NCBI GenBank assembly: GCA_951406725.2
Contig: OX597816.1
Location: 116,002,001 to 116,066,000 of the forward strand
Reading direction: 5' to 3'
Source of the DNA: Octopus vulgaris
Lineage: Eukaryota
DNA: 64,000 nt
Below are positions 53,461-64,000 of the stretch, piece by piece (position 1 is the first letter of the stretch; every line of letters starts with the position of its first letter). The notes below the pieces were generated by a model. That model was not told the DNA's origin. It did no database searches and saw only the letters and a program-made list of their open reading frames with translations. The translations under genes and the position numbers were made by a program.

Positions 53461-54256
53461 CATAAACTCTGGTTTTAGACTAAAGATAAGCAACACAAAC
53501 AACAGTGCTACAAGAGTTATATATAAAGTGATAGCTGTGAATGAGAAAAGCTAGATTTTTGTTTTACTTGCCACATAGGAAAGACATGAACATCACCACA
53601 GACATTTTCTATACTACTTGGTGACTTGTTATAATCATGAAGTGTCAAGCAAGGAACTCTATCTATCACGCATGTAATGGGGCAAATAAATATTCATTTT
53701 GATTTATTTAGAAATATTTATATACTTTTATGTTTCGGGTTTTCTCTTTGTACAGAGAAATTGTGTGCATATATATATATATATGTATGCGCTTGTGCGT
53801 GCATGCGTGCGCCCATCTGTATGTATGTATATATGTATGTTTTTGTGTGCATGTATGTATACATGTGTGTGCGTACGTGCACATATGTGTGCATGGTTAT
53901 ATATATATATATATATATGCGTGTGTGTGTGTGTATTATATATGGTAATGTGAGTGTGTATAATTCTGAACGTATGATTGAAGGATATCAAGTTCCCATC
54001 TCATAATTTGTAATATAAATCATTTTATATTTGATTTCTGACTTTTCTGGAATCCATGCATGTCAATTCAAATTTAAATGATCCATGATGGTAACATTAA
54101 AGCATGCATTTAACCTACTTATTTTAACCTCCCCATGTGGTAATTCGACCTCTGTATATAATTGGTACATTTATAAAATATTTACATTTACATCAGTAAT
54201 GGTAAGGAAAAATAATTTAGTTAAGCCATTAAAGCACCAATTGATTACATATAAAT

Positions 54257-54290
<34 letters not shown>

Positions 54291-54559
54291 TATAGAGAAA
54301 TTTTAGTATTAGCCAGCATGTCGCTCTTTTCTCCGTGTTGCAATTCTCCTATCTTTCAGATATATATATATACATCCACGACTTTGACATGCTTATGTTG
54401 CTTGTTAGAAATAGTAGCTATATTTACTTCCAATTACACCGTGTTGTTTCAAATTAGGAAGGCTTCATTGGTTATATAGTTATGACAATAAGAATAAGAC
54501 GCGATAGTTACATATATAAATCTTGTCCTAATGATTAGCAAGAAAAACATTTATATGAA

Positions 54560-55000
54560 AGTGAATGGCATATTGATCTCTAACTGCTCCCGTAATACCA
54601 GGCCTGAAAGTGCTAAAAATAGTTTCAATTTTAAGTATGACTTCAAATATATGATGACTGCTACTTCTTGTGAGAAGAGCACCATCGCTTTATTGAACTT
54701 TGCACGAGCCTGTACACTCAGTTGTTTTTTTCAGTCAAGATTTAATTCAGCAGGAATGCGCATAGATGTGACATCTATTTTCCTTCACAATAACAATGTA
54801 CCGTGGTGCGTATGGCAGGAAAACTATCTCACAAGCAGCTCAATTTCTCCCTTGTTCATTTGGTTTTAGACGGCTGACAAAACAAGCCATTGAGAGAAGA
54901 AATCGTCCACAAACACTGCACCATCATTTCTGCTAAGTTTCTGCAGTCCTGCATTTGAGTCTTGCTTATGGAATGAATACTTGAAAGCAGCATGCTACAT
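54560..55000 (-). pseudogene. Possible very decayed mariner/maT-like transposase fragment
   Basis: GAVFVDD...GEIELLVR...TSMRIPAELNLD*KKQLSVQ loosely resembles the mariner HTH-linker region. No catalytic motif is visible. Confidence 0.25.
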
Positions 55001-55812
55001 TCACTTTTGCTGAACGACGCCATACCAGCAGTTGGTGTTCTCTCTCCATGATGTACAACCTTTAGACAATGACTTCCATGTATCCAATTTGACTTTAAGA
55101 ACTTTAATTTTGCACCTAAACACTTTCTAGGCTTTTGCTAAGGACCTTTTTCTCATAAAATATCTGCATGGCCTTCTTGTCGTCTCCCATCCTGCTGACG
55201 TAACTGGTTCAACTTATTCAAATTTAATTCAAATACATACACAGATATTACTAGACACAATACATCAGGTATCTATAACGTCTCAAAAATGTTAAATACG
55301 TCCCTAAAAATCAGATACAGAATACATCATTTGATTCAAATGCACAAAACTACATAAAATAGCAACAACAACAAAATTATTAGGCACAGCCACTTACTTT
55401 ATCTATAAAATATCCAATATACAATGAACAGAGGCAATGCTAACTGTTTCATATTAATTATGGTTTCTAAAAGAAAATAAACATCATATTCAACAATACC
55501 TAAGTAGAAAATATGGTGCTAACGATACCTTATCATGATCGACCTCACAGCTCGAAATAGCAGTCATATATTCATCAAACGGAAAGAAGAGATTTCATGA
55601 TGTATTCGTGTGTATATAGCCTGGAAATAAATAAATGAATAAGTAAATAAATATATGAACAAATATGTAAAGAAAGAAAGAAAGTAAGAATCAAAGAAGG
55701 AAAGAAAGAAAGAAAGAAAGATAGAAAGAAAATTCTTTTCATTATAGGCCGGCTCCACGAGAGCTCAATTTGCAATAACAATGGAGTGAACACAGCTTCA
55801 ACTAAATCAGTA

Positions 55813-56052
<240 letters not shown>

Positions 56053-56080
56053 TACCCGCGCGCGTGTGTGTATGTGTGTG

Positions 56081-56270
56081 TGTACACTTACGCACGTCTC
56101 TAAGAATGGATTTCCAAGTGTACACTTGCGCATGTCTCTAAGAATGGATTTCCAAGTTTACACTTACGCATGTCTCTAAGAATGGATTTCCAAGTGTACA
56201 CTTGCGCATGTCTCTAAGAATGGATTTCCAAGTGTACACTTACGCATACTTCTAAGAATGGAGTTCCAAG
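56081..56270. repeat. 38-bp minisatellite, 5 copies
   Basis: Unit TGTACACTT(A/G)CGCATGTCTCTAAGAATGGATTTCCAAG, head-to-tail with no spacers. Confidence 0.92.
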
Positions 56271-57208
56271 TTTATACATCAATGTAACAGCAAGTGAAAA
56301 AGTGACAAAAAAGACAAGTCATGTTATACAAACTTTGAAATAAATACATGTGTTCCATATATTCATTATTCCTAGTCAAAGCAAACTTGTTTCTGGCAAA
56401 CACAAAATATTTCGAAGCATTTTTAATACTACACCCGTCGAATGACTTCATGCAAAGTAGATTTAGCGGAATTTGTTTTTAATCACCTGTCCGATATTTA
56501 CTAAATACATTTGAAACTTGGAACTAGACTGTTATAGTATTGCGATGCGTGCTATGTCGATTCATCAAATATTGTAGAAATTGGCAGATAAGGTGGAGGC
56601 GTAACGGTAATAGTCCGATAGTTCTGACTTCAAAATTCTTTTCAGACTAATCGAAAATTTAATAAAATTATATATTTCGCTTGTTTTCATACTCGGAGTA
56701 TATATATCACTTGGTTCGCGTTTGTACATAATATTACATATATCGTTGCAGTAAATGCATATCTTGAACTTTAGAATGGTTTTGATAGATATGGGAATGG
56801 TAAATTTAATCTTGAATATTCCATGTAAACCAGTGTGTACGCATTATTTGACTCCGGCTCTTCTAATATTATCTATTCTTATTAGGCTACGGAAGAAAAC
56901 TCGACATGCTTAGCAAGAAACATTATTTTTTGTGCCAGATACAAGCACTTTAAGTATCATCCTTATGGAAAATGAACACACACACACACACACACACGCA
57001 CACACACACATATATATATATATATTTATATATATACATATATAGATAGATAGATAGATATATAGATATAGATATAGATAGATATACACACATAATGTGT
57101 GTGTATACTTGTACATATATATATAAATATAAAGTGTGTGTGCATACTTGTATATATATATATATGTGTGTGTGTATGTATAAATATATATATATGCATA
57201 TGAATATA

Positions 57209-57303
<95 letters not shown>

Positions 57304-57699
57304 ATATCAGTGTACGTATAACACGATTTAATAGTTCCAGCTGTTTTTGCATGTACACACACATGCATACACATATATATGTATATCATCTCCAAACCTT
57401 CTAATATAAGTATATATAAATACGCACACACCTATACACGCATATACACGCGTATGTATGCATATATGAACTGAACTATTTTAAATAAGAATGAGAGACA
57501 AATTTACGTTGAAATATGTTTACCCCACCATACACACTCACATATACACACTAACACACACCATGAGCTGCACATACAATTACACACCCTCTCATCACAT
57601 TCATATCACAAATCCTTAGACATACCTACAAGAAAAGAAAAACATAAATACTTACAACAGTAAGAACTTCAAGAAGAATATTAAATAATATTTTTTAAA

Positions 57700-57762
57700 A
57701 TAATAATAATAATAATAATGATGATAATAATAATGATAATAATAATAATAATGATAATAATG

Positions 57763-57808
<46 letters not shown>

Positions 57809-57822
57809 TGATAATAATAATG

Positions 57823-57871
<49 letters not shown>

Positions 57872-57888
57872 TAATAATAATAATAACG

Positions 57889-57963
<75 letters not shown>

Positions 57964-58023
57964 TGGGCCTTCGTATATTTCTACCCCAGCGTCACTTTGA
58001 TGGTGTGTGCTGCTCTCACTCAA

Positions 58024-58085
<62 letters not shown>

Positions 58086-58098
58086 TAACTACTACTTC

Positions 58099-58131
<33 letters not shown>

Positions 58132-58133
58132 CA

Positions 58134-58200
<67 letters not shown>

Positions 58201-58763
58201 TGATAATAATGATAATAATAATAATAATAATGATAATAATGATAATAATAATGACAATACCAATGACAATCGAGTGAGAAACTGTTGTCACCTATTTTGA
58301 TTCCATATCTCCGTTTGTGCTGAATCAGGAAACGAGTACGATGTACAAAAGAATTACTGATAATCACTTGAAAAGAATTCGAAAATCTCATGGATTCCTT
58401 CAAGACATAAAAGAAGCTTTCCCTTTTTACATGTTGTCAAAGTCGGTTAGGGGGCTGTTTGTAGTGGGAGGGTGGTGAGAAATGTTTCGTTGGATTGCCT
58501 TGTTTTTATTTCGTTTTGTTCTTTGCTGGGGGTTTTTTGTGCATTATTATTCTCTATATTTTTTGTTGTTGTTGCGGGACTGGATTACAATAACAATATT
58601 GTCAGCATATTCATCAACATCACTATCATAAGCATAGCCACAATGATGATGATCATCGTCATCCTCAATCGTTATTATTATTATTATTATTATCATTTTT
58701 AGCATCATTATTATTATTATAACGAATAAAGAAATAAAGTAACGATTATTATTATTATTATTA

Positions 58764-58809
<46 letters not shown>

Positions 58810-58964
58810 AAAATAATACAAAATGCATTACTATTGTGTTCAAACTTATTGTTGATTTTTGTAGTTGTTGCTGTCATCATCAACATTTTATCATTATAGT
58901 CATCATCATTATCATATTTATTATCTTGATTATTATTACTATTATTATTTCCATTATTTTTGTG

Positions 58965-59038
<74 letters not shown>

Positions 59039-59186
59039 CATTCTTCTTCTTCTTATTATTATTATTATTATTATTAATATTTTCATTTTTATTATTATTT
59101 TCATTATTATTTTTTTCATTAATATTATTATTTTCATTATTATTAATATTTTTATTATTATTATTATTTTCATTATTATTATTATT
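57700..59186. repeat. Large compound (TAA)n/(ACT)n/(ATT)n microsatellite field
   Basis: Visible directly. It contains a 58-bp 3' tip of the TAA-targeting element at 57964-58021. Confidence 0.9.
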
Positions 59187-61691
59187 CTATGTTTGACTTT
59201 TGCTTTATATTTGTACAAGTTGGCTCCAAGTCTCACCCAGAGACCTCAAGAGACAACAGGGTTGGAAGTTCATGTTGTTGTTATGCCTAGTGTGCCATAT
59301 ATTTGGGGGGTGGGGATGTTGTACTAATGAATGTCTAAAAAAAAAAAAAAAAAAAAGTTTTTTTTTTTTTTTTTTTTTTTTTTAAACCGAAAATTATGTT
59401 TGTTTTAAACCTTGAGATTACATAGAGAGTATTTTGCGTAGGATATGAGCAGTTCCCATGAGCACTATCTTTTGAACTTCTGCCATTTTGGGTTTCCTGG
59501 TATCTGAGTTAGGTAGCTATCAGCCCCTTTTGCTATCATTCCCAGGGCACCTATGACAACAGGTATTGTTTTAGTCTTCAGCTTCCACATTTTGCTGATT
59601 TCTATTTCAAGATCTTTATATTTGCTCAGTTTTTGGTAGGTCTTGACAGATACGTTTATATCGATTGGGACAGTCATATCAATGAGGAGGCATGTTCTTT
59701 GTTTGAAGTTTTTCAATATGATGTCTGGCCTATTTGCATCTATCTTCCTGTCAGTTTGAATGGTGAAGTTCCAGAGGAGTGAGATGTGGTCATTTTCAAG
59801 CACTGGGGGTGGTTTGTGTTCCCACCAGTTTTTTTCATGGGGCAAATCCAGGTTTTTACAGATTACCCAGTGAATATATTGTGCAGCTCTATCGTGCCTG
59901 TTGAGATACTCTGTAGGCGCTAGAAGACTGCACTTGGAGACCACATGGTCAATGGTTTCATTTTGTTGCTTGCATACACGACACGTTGGACTGCTTCTGA
60001 TCTTTAATATGTTGGCCTGGTAGTTTCTTGTTGGTAGGCATTGATCTTGAGCTGCTATGATAAACCCCTCTGTTTCAGATTTTAAGCCAGAAGCCATTAG
60101 CCATTTATGGGTCAGGGCTTTGTCGATATCTGCATTATTCGCTCTCTTTGGGTATTTGCCATAGAGAGGTTTTTCTTGCCATTTATTATTCAGAATATCT
60201 AAGGCCGCAGTTTTGGCACGGGTTTTCATGCGCCTAGCTTTTTCTGTGCTTGTTTCTTGTATATCTATCTCCGAAATTGGTTGTATTCGGAATTCACTTA
60301 GATATTCCTTTGCCTGTTTTGTGACTGAGTATGATGCTTTCTTGTTTTCATGTTTTGAGACAAGTTTTAGCATCCAGTCCTCAGAGTTTTTCAGGTAGGT
60401 GTCTAGGCCAATTGTAGCAATCTTCATTGTTATTGCCAGTTGCAAAAGACCACGGCCTCCCTCTTTTCTTGGCAGATAGAGTCGTTCTGTATCTGCCTTA
60501 GGGTGGTGCATTCTATGCATTGTCAACAGTTTCCTTATTTTTCTGTCGAGCTGACATATTTCAGTAATTGACCAGTTAACAATATTGAAACTGTAAGTCA
60601 CGACTGGTATAGCTAATGCATTGATTGCTTCGATCCTGTTTCTTGCATTCAGCTCTGTCTTGAGTATTGCTCTCACTCTTCGATAGCATTCTCTCCTGAT
60701 CCTTTCCTTCATCTCTGAATGCCTTATTCCGTTCCCTTCAATTATCCCTAGGTACTTGTAGCTCTCCGCTGGGTCTAGTTCTTTTATGACATTCTGTTGG
60801 TCAAGGTTAACGTTAGATGTTTCTGTCATTTTTCCTTTGATAAAGGTAGCCTTTGCACATTTATCGAGGCCGAATTGCATTCTGATGTCGTCACTGAATT
60901 GTTTGACTATCGCTAGTAAGCCCTTGAGTTGTTGATCATTTTTTGCAAAAAGCTTTAAATCATCCATGTAAACGAGATGATTTATATTTTTATCAAACAT
61001 TTTATACCCGTACTGCGCGTCATTGAGCAGCTTTGAGAGAGGTATTAAGGATAAACAAAAGAGGAGTGGTGACAGTGAGTCACCCTGGAAAATGCCACAC
61101 GAAATTTTTACATCACCAGCATTTAGGAATTCACTGTCACTGTTCAGAGTTAGTGTGGTTCTCCATGATCTCATACTTACAGTCAAGAAGTTTCGCAGAG
61201 TTGGTGCTATCTTATACATTTCAAGGTATTTCCTAATCCAGCTATGTGGTAGGCTATCAAAAGCCTTTTTATAGTCTATCCAGGCTATTGATAAGTTTTT
61301 GTGTCGTTTGTGACAATCTTCTAAGATCATCTTATTGATGAGTAGTTGGTCTTTACAGCCGTAGGATCCACGTTTACATCCTTTCTGTTCATTAGGGAAT
61401 ATGCTGCTGTCTGTTAAAAAACTATAGGTATATTCCGTCAGGACAGATGTTAGTGTTTTGTACATAGTTGTTAAGCAAGTTATGGGTCTATAGTTTTTTG
61501 GTTCATTTGTTTCTTCACTTTTTGGAAGCAGGAATGTTAACCCATTAACTAGCCAAGGAGGCATCCTACTAGGGTGTTGCAAAACATCATTGTACAGTTC
61601 TGTTAGCAGTTCATGGCTCTCTGGGAAGGCATTCAGCCAGAAGTTAGGAATTTTATCCTTTCCTGGAGACTTCCATTTGCTTGACCTCCTG

Positions 61692-61693
<2 letters not shown>
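59187..61693 (-). mobile_element. R4-clade (Dong-like) RLE non-LTR retrotransposon, 5'-truncated, inserted in (TAA)n
   Basis: Flanked at both ends by (TAA)n in the element's sense orientation. It has an RT-RLE ORF and a ~230-bp 3' UTR ending AAGTCAAACATAG-(AAT)n. Confidence 0.9.
59418..61693 (-). CDS. Reverse transcriptase, CCHC zinc knuckle and restriction-like (PD-(D/E)xK) endonuclease; N-terminally truncated
   Basis: YRPITCL, QKG, WIDYKKAFDS, GIFQGDSLSPLLF, YMDD, YKYLG, RLYLPRKEGGRGL, CRVC..ETIDHVVSKC, RHD, NRPDI, IDMTVP...KLSKY. About 740 codons are uninterrupted. A 1-nt loss near 59487 diverts the last ~23 codons (restored: MAEVQKIVLMGTAHILRKILSM*). Confidence 0.9.
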
Positions 61694-61753
<60 letters not shown>

Positions 61754-61966
61754 CATCATCATCATCATTATCATCATTATTTGAACTACAATCATGGCGA
61801 TTGTAAAGAGTAGTTACAGAAATCACATTTATAAAGTAATAGGAAAAAAATATCCATTGTATCCTTGCTATTGCTCTCTATTTACCTCTACTCACGCTAT
61901 TATAGCCATAACTGCTATTTGTAATACAAATGCCACAAATAATAATGGTAATAAGAATGGAAACAA

Positions 61967-62041
<75 letters not shown>

Positions 62042-62304
62042 TAACAACAACAACATCAATCACAGCAACAATGTAAATTCCGTCTGTCGAGATATTTATT
62101 ATTTGTTCATGTCTACACTTCATAGAAACCTGCAATCTATAAAATTAACAATGGTAGATAATCTTCCAGGAATGTATATCTATCTATTGGTATTTCAATG
62201 TTGTCATTTGCTATTGTTACAATTGAAATTTGTTTGTAGCTAGTTCTATGCCCTCTTATTCCATCAATCTAGTTTTTGCTTCCTCTTGTTCATTGATCAC
62301 CTGT

Positions 62305-62349
<45 letters not shown>

Positions 62350-62409
62350 TGTATGCATGTATGCATATATATGTGTGTATATGTATATATATATGAATAT
62401 ATATTTGTG

Positions 62410-62449
<40 letters not shown>

Positions 62450-62571
62450 AAGATGTACATTAATGCATGCTACATATATGTACACAGGTATATATATATA
62501 TATATTTTTAAAATAAAAATTTTCTCGTTTATTTCGTTTATACATACATACGCACACACACGCATATATAT

Positions 62572-62603
62572 AGAGGAATGACCACTTTAGTGGTCATTCC
62601 TCT
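62572..62603. repeat. Perfect 15-bp-arm hairpin in (TA)n
   Basis: AGAGGAATGACCACT-TT-AGTGGTCATTCCTCT. Confidence 0.9.
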
Positions 62604-62609
62604 TAATTT

Positions 62610-62645
<36 letters not shown>

Positions 62646-62775
62646 CATACATACATACACACACGCACACACACAGACACATATCTCTCGCTTAGGCTTT
62701 CCGAGACTAATAACCTGAGGTAGAACCCGATATATGTATGTTTCAGTAGGAAATGTTAGCCGAGTATAGAGCAGC

Positions 62776-62980
62776 AATAAGAGAGAGGACAAAGGAATAA
62801 ATGATTATTTTATGAACATCATTAGCTTAAAGATGTCTTTGTTATAGGATTCAGAGGATTCATAGTTGAGTGATCCAGGAACTGAACTACATGTCCACTG
62901 CATCATGTAGCAGAAACAGCTGTTAGCTAATGCAGTTCATAATGTAATCATTTATTCCTGTGTCATCTCTTTTTCTTATT
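62776..62980. mobile_element. Diverged fold-back with HHR 3' half
   Basis: 62776-62848 and 62904-62980 are inverted. The junction reads CTGAA-CTACATG(10 nt)CATGTAG-CA-GAAA-CAGCTG-TT-AGC. Confidence 0.6.
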
Positions 62981-63019
62981 ATATATATATAAAGCTGTAT
63001 ATGTATGTATAGATATATA

Positions 63020-63063
<44 letters not shown>

Positions 63064-64000
63064 ATGTATATTCAATTTAAATAAACGAAATAAAGCGGGA
63101 AAATAATAACGAACGTGAGAGCGTGCACGAGAAATGTATTAGTTTGACGCTCGATTAAAGAAGAGAGTGCGTCGTTTCGAGTATGGCTCATGTAGGTGAG
63201 AGTGTGTATGTGCGCGTGCGTGCATGTGTCCGTGCGTGTGTGTGCGTATATGTGTGCGTACCTGTGCGAGTGTGTAAGTATGTGTGTTTGTGTGTGTGTG
63301 TGTGTGTGAGACACTTGCGCAGGTTGCCGCGTAGTAGGACTGAACCCGGAACCATATATATATATATATATATCTAGCAATCTGCATACACTTCCCACAC
63401 ACACATACATTCATACATACGTACGTGTGTGTGTATACATACATATTCATACGCACACATATACATATACATATATAAATGTATGTATGTATGTATGTAT
63501 GTATGTTTGTATGTATGTATGTATGTATGCTTGTATGTATGTATGTATGTATGCATACATGCAAGATTTATATGTGTGCTTGCGTTTGTTTAATGGTCCT
63601 GTAATGTTTCGGGGAGAACGTCCTTTTTACGAAATTGCACAATGCGTCACTGTTTGCAGACCATAACTAGTACAGTGTGACCAGAGACATTGCTTGAATT
63701 AGCCTGTCTTTCACCAGGCTAATTCATGCAATGCGTCTCGTCATAACACCCTGGAATCCTGTCCTGTAAAAAAATTGATTTACGTACATAACATAAAGAA
63801 ATGCTTAACTGAATATGTATTATTTAAGATCAGATATCAGTAGTGCGCAATTGATTGCCACATGCCTGCATCCCAAGGGAGTAATTTTACAAAAGTGTTT
63901 TAAAGTAATGAGAAACGAAATAACGCTCATCTATATGAAAATTGTTCAACAAAATTCGAAGGACCGCAGAAAATCGTAGATAAATTATTTGCCAGAAATA

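Noticed and set aside
56081-56270. CRISPR-like array of 38-bp repeats
   Set aside because: Units are contiguous with no unique spacers, the context is eukaryotic and there are no cas genes.
61694-61795. Poly-Ile/Met 'N-terminus' of the 776-aa ORF as a signal peptide or true start
   Set aside because: It is the flanking (TAA/GAT)n tract, in frame by chance with a 5'-truncated element.

Overview
AT-rich, microsatellite-saturated, apparently gene-free eukaryotic DNA. The SINE repertoire and simple-repeat density point to an octopod (Octopus-like) genome, which is an inference. Nearly all listed ORFs are translations of (TA)n/(CA)n/(TAA)n/(GATA)n tracts. Real coding signal comes only from transposable elements: (1) a young, 5'-truncated R4/Dong-like non-LTR retrotransposon (RT, CCHC and restriction-like endonuclease) sitting in (TAA)n at 59187-61693(-); (2) a decayed Penelope-like element resembling the Naiad type (RT plus C-terminal GIY-YIG) at about 40330-42290(-), next to a 23-aa STPR-like repeat remnant; (3) remnants of Tc1/mariner, Merlin, CR1-group and L1/Tx1-like elements. 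Non-coding repeats include two tRNA-derived SINE families, a TA-flanked MITE and a second TAA-targeting retroposon. The most striking non-obvious signal is more than a dozen minimal type-I hammerhead ribozyme (HHR) motifs (CUGANGA...GAAA-palindrome-UH) from several distinct families. They lie in 150-600 bp non-coding elements in or next to (TA)n tracts, often as fold-back (inverted) structures with snap-back hairpins. One HHR is at the tail of a tRNA-box SINE-like element. This looks like a dense population of Penelope-dependent, ribozyme-bearing non-autonomous retroelements.
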